39,889 nt of DNA, from assembly GCA_964594555.1 (NCBI GenBank), contig CAZQMT010000007.1:1-39889 (forward strand), read 5' to 3'. The notes beneath the pieces are model-generated. The model was given only the letters and a program-made list of their open reading frames with translations. It was not told the origin of the DNA and ran no database searches. The DNA is from an uncultured Vicinamibacterales bacterium. GTDB taxonomy: Bacteria > Acidobacteriota > Vicinamibacteria > Vicinamibacterales > CAZQMT01. Below, piece after piece: positions 9,885 to 18,698 of the stretch. Both the position numbers and the translations under genes were made by a program. Within the stretch, counting starts at the first letter, position 1, and the number at the start of each line of letters is the position of its first letter.

Positions 9885-11630
9885 CTAGGGTGTGTTCTTA
9901 GACGAGGTCTTTGTATGCGGACCAACGAGAACTTCTCCAGGCAAGGCACCGGTTCTTTTACTGTCTTTGACTACGAATGTGCCGTTGATCAGAACCTGTT
10001 CAAAACCAGTGCTGAACTGATGAGGTTTCATATAGGTTGAGTAGTCGCGTATCGTGACTGGGTTAAAAACATTAATATCGGCGTAGAATCCCTCGCGCAG
10101 TAGCCCACGGTTTTTAAGTCCGATAATCTGGGCTGCAAGGGAACTCATTCCACGAATCATGTGTGGGAGTTCGACTACACCACGATCGAGGGCGTAGCGT
10201 CTAATAAATCTAGGGAAAATGCCGTAGTAGCGCGGGTGCGGATAGCCCTCTTCTGGCACAATATTTCCACCATCAGTCACGTAGGCTACATAGTCTTTTG
10301 TGATGAAATGGTCAACATCGATGTTGCTTGTGTCGAGTGCTCGAAATCCACCGCCTCCGTGTCGGTTTTCACCGTTGAGCTGAAGCCAGATCAGTGCGTC
10401 GATGGGATCTTCGTTACGCATGTCTGCGATTTGTTGGAGTGTTTTTCCTGTGTATTGTTTGTCGGGGTACTCCACAAGCAATAAGTGATTAGGACCACCA
10501 GCCTTGGTGAATTGGTGCTCGATGTCAACGATTAGATTAGCTTTCTTAGCGGGGTCATCTAACACACGCATGAAGTTTTCCCTAGCATCAGCATAGGGAT
10601 TTTCGACCCATCGAAGTAGCCGTGAATCAATTTTTGGGTCGGCAAGTGACCAATTGGGTACAACTGCAACGTTAGGATGATTTCCGTAGGACGTGTAGCC
10701 GTAAATACTGAAGTATACTTGAACACCCCGGCTTCTAGCCCGGTCCATCAACGATGTGTAAGCTCTGCTCGCCCCCCAAAAATTTGGTCCCTTAACCTTG
10801 ACGTGATGGCCGACAACTTTAGCTCCAGAGTTTTCGGCGATCGCAACAGTTTCCCTTACTGCGTCGACACCATCGACGACCGATGAATGGCTCGCTGGGT
10901 TATGGTCTTGCCCGCTTGGGTTATACCAGATAGGGGTAATTCCTTCCGATCGTTGATGTGTGTCGTAGTAGCCCCCGAGCTCCTTTACCTTCTTCGCCAT
11001 TTCAGTAAGTTCATCTGTGCCAGCGAAGCGATCAGGTATTCCATTTTCGAGGTTAACGAACAGGTAACGGGCACCCTCTGAAAAGCCTTGTTGCATCATG
11101 GCTTTCATTTGACTGAGTTCGTCCTGAGTTGGTTGACGGTTGTCTCTGCCGACAACACGTTCCCTAATCCGACCAAAGCTGACTGATAAAACTTCATTTA
11201 GGGCGTGTCCACCCTGGCGGTACTTTTGGACGTGCTCTCCAATGGGGAAGGAGGGGTTGACGGTTTCAGTTGTGATGCCTTGGGTGACACTGTTATGTGC
11301 TTTTCTTCCTTCTGGATGTAAAATTTTTCCGTCACTGGAGTTTGCAGAATGTGAATGCATGTCAATAAATCCTGGTGTGACATAACGTCCAGTGGCATCG
11401 ATGACGTGTTTGCCTTGCTTGGCATCGATTGTTCCAATGTGAGAGATTTTTTTGCCTTTGATTCCAATATCCGCAATAAAGAAAGGGTTCCCGGTGCCGT
11501 CAAGGACCATGCCGCTTTTAATAACGATGTCGTAGGGCGACTCGGACGTTTGGGTCCAGGAGCCTCCCACCGTCAATAAAATCATGCCAGCGAGAAATAG
11601 AATTTTGTGGATTTCCCTTTGAGTTTTCAT
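9885..11630 (-). CDS. Exported N-acyl-D-amino-acid deacylase (D-aminoacylase) family amidohydrolase
   Basis: Signal peptide (ILFLAGMILLTVGGSWTQ). N-terminal YDIVIKSGMVLDGTGNP...IDATGRYVTPGFIDMHSHS metal-binding motif of the D-aminoacylase/amidohydrolase superfamily. GAGGAG RBS. Confidence 0.8.
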   Translation of the reverse strand: MKTQREIHKILFLAGMILLTVGGSWTQTSESPYDIVIKSGMVLDGTGNPFFIADIGIKGKKISHIGTIDAKQGKHVIDATGRYVTPGFIDMHSHSANSSDGKILHPEGRKAHNSVTQGITTETVNPSFPIGEHVQKYRQGGHALNEVLSVSFGRIRERVVGRDNRQPTQDELSQMKAMMQQGFSEGARYLFVNLENGIPDRFAGTDELTEMAKKVKELGGYYDTHQRSEGITPIWYNPSGQDHNPASHSSVVDGVDAVRETVAIAENSGAKVVGHHVKVKGPNFWGASRAYTSLMDRARSRGVQVYFSIYGYTSYGNHPNVAVVPNWSLADPKIDSRLLRWVENPYADARENFMRVLDDPAKKANLIVDIEHQFTKAGGPNHLLLVEYPDKQYTGKTLQQIADMRNEDPIDALIWLQLNGENRHGGGGFRALDTSNIDVDHFITKDYVAYVTDGGNIVPEEGYPHPRYYGIFPRFIRRYALDRGVVELPHMIRGMSSLAAQIIGLKNRGLLREGFYADINVFNPVTIRDYSTYMKPHQFSTGFEQVLINGTFVVKDSKRTGALPGEVLVGPHTKTSSKNTP

Positions 11631-11940
11631 GGAGCTTTCTCCTCAGAGTAGCGCGTTAGTCATGTCGAGGTGAACACGCGGCTTTCGGTAAATCCATACT
11701 TGCGGTTGTAATAAAACATTTACAATACAAGTGCCTCTGTCGGACAGAAATTGAACACGGGGTAATGGGCAGAGGTTAGAGTATACTCGTTATTTCGTAG
11801 ACTATGAGGGTCGCACTATGAGAATCACGATAAGCAGTGGTTGTCATTGATGTATCCTCTATGGTTAGAGTCAGTTAACTTGTTGAGGGTGGTCTCCACG
11901 TGGGGGCGTCAAGTTGGTTCCGGTAAGAGGATTCTTATAG

Positions 11941-13164
11941 ATGGCACACATTGTTCCGTTCCGTGCGCTTCGGCCCACACCCGAAGTAGCCAATCAAGTT
12001 GCTTCTGTTCCCTATGACGTTGTTAATAGGAAAGAAGCAGCTGAACTTGCGGTTGATAATCCGCTTAGCTTTCTCCATGTTTCACGATCTGAGATTGATC
12101 TCCCTGAATCAGTTGACCCATATTCCGATGCTGTGTACGAAACTGCCGCCACCAATTTTGTGAAGCTTCGGCAGGATGCACCACTGGTTGTTGAAGAGGC
12201 GCCGTCGCTCTACTTTTATCGACTTCGTATGGGCTCACATGAGCAGATTGGTGTTGTAGGTTGCTACTCGATCGATGACTACGATCAGGACTTGATTAAG
12301 AAGCATGAGCGAACTCGGCGTGATAAGGAGGACGATCGAACGCGTCACATTGTTTCGTTGCGTGCGCAAACGGGGCCGGTTTTCCTGACTTACCGAGCAT
12401 CGAGTGAGATCGATAATGAAGCAACACGCGTAATTTCTACACCGCCGCTTTTCGATCTTGTCGCCGTGGATGGTGTTCAGCACACTATTTGGCGGTTGGA
12501 TAGCGAGGCTTCGACGCGATTGGTTCAAGCGTTTTCCAAAGTGCCGGCTCTATACATCGCTGATGGTCACCACCGAGCGGCCAGTGCTGCACGGGCGCGG
12601 CAGGAACTTCGGGAGAGAGAGTCTGATGGTACTAATGTGGCCGCTTACGATACTTTTCTCGGGGTCGCTTTCCCCGGAAATCAAATGCAGATTCTTCCTT
12701 ACAATCGTATTGTGAAAGATCTGTCTGGACTTTCCAGTAAGGAGTTCCTTGCACGTGTGGGAGAGGTTTTTGAGTTGAATGAGGGGACGTCGAGCCCGAT
12801 CAGAAAGGGAGAGCTCGCCATGTTTCTCGACGGGACATGGCATCAGTTATTACCAAAAAGTGAAGTCGTGATTGGTGGGACTGCCGGCCTTGATGTAAGT
12901 GTGCTGCAGGAAAAACTTCTTGAGCCGATCCTTGGGATTACTGATGTTCGGACCGATAAGCGCATTGGTTTTGTCGGAGGTGTACGGGGGGCGGTAGAGT
13001 TAGAGAAGCTCGTCGAGAGTGGTGAAGCGGCTGTGGCTTTTTCTATGTTCCCTGTTACTATTGAGGACTTGCTTTCTGTTTCGGATGCAAACGGTATTAT
13101 GCCTCCGAAATCTACGTGGTTCGAACCTAAGTTACGTGATGGGTTGCTTATTCATGAGATTTAA
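11941..13164 (+). CDS. DUF1015 domain protein (function unknown)
   Basis: N-terminal IVPFRALRP, IKKHERTRRDKEDDRTRH, GPVFLTY, ADGHHR blocks as I remember them for DUF1015/COG4198. 407 aa. Confidence 0.8.
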   Translation: MAHIVPFRALRPTPEVANQVASVPYDVVNRKEAAELAVDNPLSFLHVSRSEIDLPESVDPYSDAVYETAATNFVKLRQDAPLVVEEAPSLYFYRLRMGSHEQIGVVGCYSIDDYDQDLIKKHERTRRDKEDDRTRHIVSLRAQTGPVFLTYRASSEIDNEATRVISTPPLFDLVAVDGVQHTIWRLDSEASTRLVQAFSKVPALYIADGHHRAASAARARQELRERESDGTNVAAYDTFLGVAFPGNQMQILPYNRIVKDLSGLSSKEFLARVGEVFELNEGTSSPIRKGELAMFLDGTWHQLLPKSEVVIGGTAGLDVSVLQEKLLEPILGITDVRTDKRIGFVGGVRGAVELEKLVESGEAAVAFSMFPVTIEDLLSVSDANGIMPPKSTWFEPKLRDGLLIHEI

Positions 13165-13279
13165 TTAACTTTTTTCCTGTCATAGGGAGTATAAAGATCG
13201 TCCTTCTTAAATATGTAGGGGGCGTGTTGAATTAGGGATGCTTTGGTTTGAATATTACGAGCAATTGTGAGGAATTATT

Positions 13280-14284
13280 ATGAAAGTTTTGGTAGCTGAT
13301 AAGTTTGAGAAAAGTGGAGTACAAGGCTTGCAGGCATCTGGGTGTGAGGTGCAGTTGCAGCCCGAACTTAAAGAGGAGAGCTTGACCGCTGAGATTCGTA
13401 ATGGCGGTGCCGAGGTTTTAGTCGTTCGCTCGACTAAGGTGACAGACGAGATGCTCGGTGCTGGCAATCTCAAGCTCGTTGTTCGGGCTGGTGCAGGCTA
13501 CAACACGATAGATATTGCAGCCGCTTCGAGCCGAGGGGTACAGGTAGCGAACTGTCCAGGTAAGAATGCTATTGCTGTTGCTGAACTGGCCTTTGGACTG
13601 ATACTCGCGCTTGATAGACGTATTCCTGACAATGTAGCTGAGTTACGGGCTGGTCGGTGGAATAAGAAAGAATTCTCAAAGGCTTCTGGTCTATACGGTA
13701 AAACGCTTGGCTTGCTTGGCATCGGTAGTATTGGTCGAGAGCTGGCGAGTCGAGCTATTGCCTTTGGTATGTCGCTAATTATCTGGAGTCGGCGATTTGA
13801 TGGTCAGAGCCGCTCTCTGACCATCGAGGAGAGCAAGGACTTAGGTATTAGTCAGAGCTCAAAAGTAACGGACATTAGCTTGGCGTCAACACCCGCGGAT
13901 GTAGCTGAAAGTTGCGATGTTTTAAGTGTGCATTTGGCGGCCAGCAAGGATACTCGTGGTCTAGTGAGTGCTGAAGTTTTATCGCGGTTAAGGCCTGGTG
14001 CATTCTTTGTTAACACCGCACGAGGAGAGGTCGTTGATTACAATGCTCTTGAGACGGTAGTTCGGGAGAATAGTGTCCGCGTGGCTCTCGATGTCTACAG
14101 TGCCGAACCTGCGTCGTCGACAGGTGAGTTTGAGGACACTATCGTCCAACTACCGAACGTTTATGGTACACACCATATCGGTGCGTCTACTAATCAGGCA
14201 CAGGAGGCGGTTGCCGCTGAAGCCGTACGGATTATTCAGACGTTCAAGGAGACCGGTGCAGCTCCCAATGTTGTTAATGCATGA
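13280..14284 (+). CDS. serA: D-3-phosphoglycerate dehydrogenase, short form without an ACT domain (D-2-hydroxyacid dehydrogenase family)
   Basis: NAD-binding GLLGIGSIGRELA, catalytic-region blocks NTARGEVVD and HIGAST. Adjacent to serC. Substrate assignment rests on gene context. Confidence 0.7.
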   Translation: MKVLVADKFEKSGVQGLQASGCEVQLQPELKEESLTAEIRNGGAEVLVVRSTKVTDEMLGAGNLKLVVRAGAGYNTIDIAAASSRGVQVANCPGKNAIAVAELAFGLILALDRRIPDNVAELRAGRWNKKEFSKASGLYGKTLGLLGIGSIGRELASRAIAFGMSLIIWSRRFDGQSRSLTIEESKDLGISQSSKVTDISLASTPADVAESCDVLSVHLAASKDTRGLVSAEVLSRLRPGAFFVNTARGEVVDYNALETVVRENSVRVALDVYSAEPASSTGEFEDTIVQLPNVYGTHHIGASTNQAQEAVAAEAVRIIQTFKETGAAPNVVNA

Positions 14285-14366
14285 TTAACTATGGTTCAGA
14301 GAACTAGAACTTATTGCTTTTTTGCGGTACTGAAGTATCTTGTCTAGCTCTTGGAGGGATTTTTCT

Positions 14367-15458
14367 ATGGTGACTAGTACTCGTATCTATAATTTCTCGG
14401 CAGGGCCGGCGGTGTTGCCTGAGCCGGTTCTCCTGGAGGCACAACGTAATCTCATGGAGTTACCAGGTGTAGGGATGTCGATTCTTGAGGTTAGTCACCG
14501 GTCGAAAGTTTTTAATGAAGTAATTAACACCGCAGAATCGGACATGCGGAAGTTAGCTGGGATTCCAGATAATTATCGAGTCTTGTTTCTCCAAGGTGGT
14601 GCGAGCCTACAGTTTTCAATGGTGCCGATGAATTTGTTGTCCTCGGATACTACTGCGGACTATATCGTTACCGGCTCCTGGTCAAAAAAGGCCGTGAAAG
14701 AAGCGAAAAGGGTCGGTGGAGTCAATATCGCAGCGACTAGTGAATCTGATAATTTTGGCCGAATTCCCAAACAGTCTGAACTTAATCTGACATCAGGTGC
14801 AGCCTATGTTCATATGACATCCAATAATACGATTGCTGGTACCGAGTGGAAAGAACCTCCAGATGTCGGTGATGTGCCGCTTATTAGTGATGCTTCTTCT
14901 AACATTTTTAACAGTCCAATAGATATCAAGAAGTATGGTTTGATTTACGCGGGTTCGCAGAAAAACCTTGCACCCTCTGGTGCGACGCTAGTGATTATTC
15001 GTGACGACCTTATTGAGAAGGGACCTTCGACGCTGCCGTCGATGCTCAGTTATAAAACGCACGCTGAGGCTAAGTCGCTCTACAATTCACCATCTGTTTT
15101 CCCGATATATGTCATTGGTCTTGTGTTGAAGTGGTTACTTGCCAACGGTGGTCTCAGTGAAAGGGCTGCAATCAATCAACGAAAGGCTGCCAAACTATAT
15201 GCCGAGATAGACCGAACGGGTTTTTATCGAAGCACGACAGAGAAGGACAGCAGGTCTTTGATGAATGTGACGTTCAGGCTTGCCAGTGAAGATCTGGAAA
15301 AAAAGTTCATCAAAGAGGCAGAGTCGGTGGGCCTAGACGGTTTGAAAGGGCATCGTTCGGTTGGAGGTATGCGTGCATCAATTTACAATGCTTTCCCTGA
15401 ACGTGGTGTTGATGCACTTGTAGACTTCATGAAAGAATTTGAGAGAAAGCAGGGTTAA
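14367..15458 (+). CDS. serC: Phosphoserine aminotransferase
   Basis: YNFSAGPAVLP, GSQKNLAPSGATLVIIR (PLP lysine), GGMRASIYNA. I place the start at ATG 14367, which has a GGAGGG RBS 8 nt upstream, rather than the TTG at 14340 of the longest ORF. Confidence 0.9.
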   Translation: MVTSTRIYNFSAGPAVLPEPVLLEAQRNLMELPGVGMSILEVSHRSKVFNEVINTAESDMRKLAGIPDNYRVLFLQGGASLQFSMVPMNLLSSDTTADYIVTGSWSKKAVKEAKRVGGVNIAATSESDNFGRIPKQSELNLTSGAAYVHMTSNNTIAGTEWKEPPDVGDVPLISDASSNIFNSPIDIKKYGLIYAGSQKNLAPSGATLVIIRDDLIEKGPSTLPSMLSYKTHAEAKSLYNSPSVFPIYVIGLVLKWLLANGGLSERAAINQRKAAKLYAEIDRTGFYRSTTEKDSRSLMNVTFRLASEDLEKKFIKEAESVGLDGLKGHRSVGGMRASIYNAFPERGVDALVDFMKEFERKQG

Positions 15459-15514
15459 ATTCGTTTATTTACGCAGTAGCAGGTTATATTTGTAACCTGG
15501 CTGTGAAGTCAAAG

Positions 15515-15538
15515 ATGAGATCCAGTCTCATTTTTATT
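15515..15538 (+). terminator. Putative intrinsic terminator after serC
   Basis: ATGAGA (15515-15520) pairs with TCTCAT (15526-15531) around a 5-nt loop, followed by TTTTATT. The stem is short and AT-rich, so support is moderate only. Confidence 0.45.
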
Positions 15539-15638
15539 GCGGGTTAGTGTTGCGTGTGCTACAGTTCACCCGCGCTTTTTTACGTTCGTTCGCGGTTTGT
15601 TTTGTCGTCTCTTGTTCCTGTTGACGTGGAGGCCATGA

Positions 15639-16379
15639 GTGCTTTTCGAGCTTATTGTTAGTCTTGTTGTTGCGGCAGCTGTTGCGCAGCTCGCGACGTT
15701 CGGTACGACAATTTATTTACACCGAACTGTTGCGCATAAATCTATCGTTTTACACCCGGCGGCTGCGTGGTTTTTTCGATTCTCGCTCTGGCTAACAACA
15801 GGTATCCTGACTCGTGAGTGGGTAGCGGTTCATCGTAAACATCACTCTTTCACGGATGAGGAAGGGGATCCACATAGTCCGCTCCTAGAGGGCTTTTGGT
15901 CCGTGCAGCTTGGCAATATTTACTTCTATGTTCGTGAATCAAGAAAGAAAGAAGTCGTTGAGAAATATGCCAAGGATGTTCAAGACGATGCTTGGGACCG
16001 GAGACTGTTTAACTACGGATGGGTTGGCCCGCTTGTTGGGACAGTCAGTCTCTGTGCGATCCTTGGTATTGGATGGGGGCTTCTTGCGGCTTCGATTCAT
16101 CTGGTTCTGTATATTTTTGTTCTGTCGTCTTCAATTAACGGACTGTGCCACCACACTGGGTATAAAAACTTTGAGAACACGGCGAGGAACATTAGGCTCC
16201 TAGCGCTTATCACCGGTGGTGAGGGTTTACATAATAATCATCATGGTTTCCCACGGAGTCCGAAGTTTAGTTTTAGGCGAAGCGAGTACGATACGGCGTG
16301 GCCCGTCATTAAGCTGCTCACCATGTTTAAGCTCGCTAAGCCCTACAGGACAATACACGACGCGCTCCCACGACCGTAG
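15639..16379 (+). CDS. Membrane acyl-CoA/acyl-lipid desaturase (delta-9-type, three His boxes)
   Basis: His boxes HRTVAH, HRKHH and HNNHH with hydrophobic segments in between. GTG start with GGAGG 7 nt upstream. Confidence 0.8.
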   Translation: MLFELIVSLVVAAAVAQLATFGTTIYLHRTVAHKSIVLHPAAAWFFRFSLWLTTGILTREWVAVHRKHHSFTDEEGDPHSPLLEGFWSVQLGNIYFYVRESRKKEVVEKYAKDVQDDAWDRRLFNYGWVGPLVGTVSLCAILGIGWGLLAASIHLVLYIFVLSSSINGLCHHTGYKNFENTARNIRLLALITGGEGLHNNHHGFPRSPKFSFRRSEYDTAWPVIKLLTMFKLAKPYRTIHDALPRP

Positions 16380-16512
16380 GATTTCAAGCGGCCAAGCACC
16401 ACGACATCTCTGAATTAATATGGGATCGTCATGTGTGGTTTCGCGTAGATTGCGACGCCCGCATGTGACGTTCCTAGCTGCTATCGGTGGATGTGGAGTC
16501 TGAACGAGTACT

Positions 16513-17343
16513 ATGCGACAGACGCAAGGCTCGATGGTATGTCCTGCTTGCGGAAAGCTGATCAGTGTTCATGAGACACGCTGTCCGTTCTGTGAAGCTT
16601 GGCGTCCTGGGCTCTATGGCTGGACGCCGTTACTGCAACGGCTGTTTGGTCGGCATCTCGATCTGATCTCTCTCATTACCACCAGCTGTATCGTTTTGTA
16701 TACGGTAGCGTTGCTTTTGCAGCCAGAAGCTATCACGAATCCAAGTGGGTTGATGTCGATCCTTTCTCCGGGTAGTCGTGCGTTATATCAGCTTGGAATG
16801 ACGGGTGGTGTGGCCTGGAGTGCTGGTTGGTGGTGGACTGTTCTGACAGCTATTTATCTCCATGGCAGCTTACTCCACATTGTTTTTAACGTAATGTGGA
16901 TACGAAATCTTGGGCCAACTGTGACCGATCTTTACGGACCTGCGCGTGCGTTTATCCTGTTTGAAGTGGGAGGAGTGTCTGGATTTTTACTGTCAAACTT
17001 TGTGACTGGTAACCCGACGATTGGGGCATCAGGAAGTATCTTTGGGCTTCTAGCGGCGTTGATTGTTTACGGTCGACGACGAGGTGCTTCAATGATGACA
17101 GCTCAGTTTGCACAGTGGGCCGTGGTTCTTTTTGTAATGGGATTTATATTCCCCGGGGTGAATAACTGGGCGCACCTAGGAGGGTTCGTTGGTGGGTGGG
17201 GCGCCGCCCACTTAATGATTCCCAATGATGTTGGTCAGGAAGGTTCGTCGCTTCACCTACTAGCTCTAGTTTTCCTTGCAATGACTTTGATCGGCGTCTT
17301 ACTGTCATTCACACGTGTTACATCGATACTTTTGGCCACCTGA
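16513..17343 (+). CDS. Rhomboid-family intramembrane serine protease with an N-terminal zinc-ribbon
   Basis: CPACG...CPFC four-Cys ribbon at the N-terminus. Rhomboid motifs HGSLLHIVFN, catalytic GASGSIFG and HLGGFVGG. Multiple TM segments. The start could instead be the ATG at 16534. Confidence 0.85.
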   Translation: MRQTQGSMVCPACGKLISVHETRCPFCEAWRPGLYGWTPLLQRLFGRHLDLISLITTSCIVLYTVALLLQPEAITNPSGLMSILSPGSRALYQLGMTGGVAWSAGWWWTVLTAIYLHGSLLHIVFNVMWIRNLGPTVTDLYGPARAFILFEVGGVSGFLLSNFVTGNPTIGASGSIFGLLAALIVYGRRRGASMMTAQFAQWAVVLFVMGFIFPGVNNWAHLGGFVGGWGAAHLMIPNDVGQEGSSLHLLALVFLAMTLIGVLLSFTRVTSILLAT

Positions 17344-17355
17344 CAGAACCAGAAC

Positions 17356-18687
17356 TTAATCCTTTTTAGAATTAGTTTTCGGTAAGCGCTTCCGACGCCG
17401 ACGCCGAGTTGGGTGGTCGGTACGGGGCTTGACTTTTCGTTTAGGTAGTAGCTGTCGCCAGTCAGATATCAGTTCTGGTAATTCTCCGTGGATCTCGAAC
17501 CAAGTTAACGCATCAGGGAAGGCCGTGCGATGAATGATGGCATTTCGTGAGCGAGGCGAAGAGTTTCGATCGTTTAGTCGTGACTGTAACCCAAGGATTT
17601 GGCACAGAAGATCCGCATTTCGTCTGGCAACCGGAAGTGATTTTAAGCCAATATCAACGGGGGGGCGTCGGTTTTTACCATCACGAATTTTCCGTGGAGG
17701 TCTTTTTCCAGTAAAACCGAGCGGTACGACTAAAGATCCGAGAAGTACGCTGTTGTTCAGTGTTTCTGGTGCCGTTTCGAACTTACGACGATAAGAATCA
17801 AGACGTGCAAGCGAGGCTTGTAAGGGGGCCTGATCAGTTTTGGACAGTTCGGGAATGATTTGCTCAAGTAACCCTATTTCTTTAAGTTTTAGAAACGTAG
17901 CCTCTGCATTGCCAGAGCGTAGAATTTTGTATATTTCTTCCAAAAGTCTCGCAGGGGCACTCTTCGAGATTTCTCTTTTGTGGCGACGTATGCCACGAAG
18001 TGTTTTTGGTTCAATCGTAAAATTGAGCCTAGCTGAAAATGTTATGGCGCGGAGCATTCTTACCGGATCTTCGAGAAACCGCTCAGAGGGGTCACCGATG
18101 CATCGGACAACACCGGCTTTTAGATCATCAAGGCCATTCACGTAATCAATTACCGAGAATGTTTCGATGTCGTAGAAAAGTGCATTAATGGTGAAATCTC
18201 TTCGGAAGGCATCTTCAGCGGGAGTACCGAAGGTGTTGTCACGGCGAATTAGGCGATCAGGATCACGATGTTTGGCGGATATGGAGGCTTGCTTTAACTC
18301 GGCCTTGTTTCTTGTGTCGGTATTGTTTGATTCTATTCGGTCTCTTTTGGTATCAACTGATTCTGCGTCAGCAGTAACCTGACGTCTGAATGTTGCGACT
18401 TCGATTATTTTGTTTCCGAACTTCACGTGAGCTAGGCGGAATCGTCGGCCGATAACCCAGCAATTCCGAAATAGACGTTTTACTTGATAGGGATGAGCGG
18501 AGGTTCCGATATCGAAATCTTTTGGCCGGCGGTTTAGTGACAAGTCCCGTACGCCTCCTCCCACAAGGTAGGCGACATAGCCAGACTGTTGGAGCCGGTA
18601 CAGTACTTTAAGGGCGTCTGGGTCGATGTTTCGACGCGAGATGGCATGCCCCTTTCGGGGTACTATGTTCGGGATGGCCATCGGCAC
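17356..18687 (-). CDS. pcnB: Poly(A) polymerase I / tRNA nucleotidyltransferase-family enzyme (PcnB-like)
   Basis: LVGGGVRDLSL...PKDFDI nucleotidyltransferase motif, RRDFTINALFYD, arginine/lysine-rich C-terminal tail. The start is GTG 18687 or ATG 18681. Lies 11 nt downstream of polA. Confidence 0.75.
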   Translation of the reverse strand: MPMAIPNIVPRKGHAISRRNIDPDALKVLYRLQQSGYVAYLVGGGVRDLSLNRRPKDFDIGTSAHPYQVKRLFRNCWVIGRRFRLAHVKFGNKIIEVATFRRQVTADAESVDTKRDRIESNNTDTRNKAELKQASISAKHRDPDRLIRRDNTFGTPAEDAFRRDFTINALFYDIETFSVIDYVNGLDDLKAGVVRCIGDPSERFLEDPVRMLRAITFSARLNFTIEPKTLRGIRRHKREISKSAPARLLEEIYKILRSGNAEATFLKLKEIGLLEQIIPELSKTDQAPLQASLARLDSYRRKFETAPETLNNSVLLGSLVVPLGFTGKRPPRKIRDGKNRRPPVDIGLKSLPVARRNADLLCQILGLQSRLNDRNSSPRSRNAIIHRTAFPDALTWFEIHGELPELISDWRQLLPKRKVKPRTDHPTRRRRRKRLPKTNSKKD

Positions 18688-18698
18688 GATTATAGCAA

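Noticed and set aside
13118-13127. GGTTCGAA(CC) T-loop-like strings (also at 903..910 and near 29815) as possible tRNA genes
   Set aside because: All fall within well-supported protein-coding genes and lack flanking acceptor, D or anticodon stem complementarity. No intergenic region shows tRNA features.
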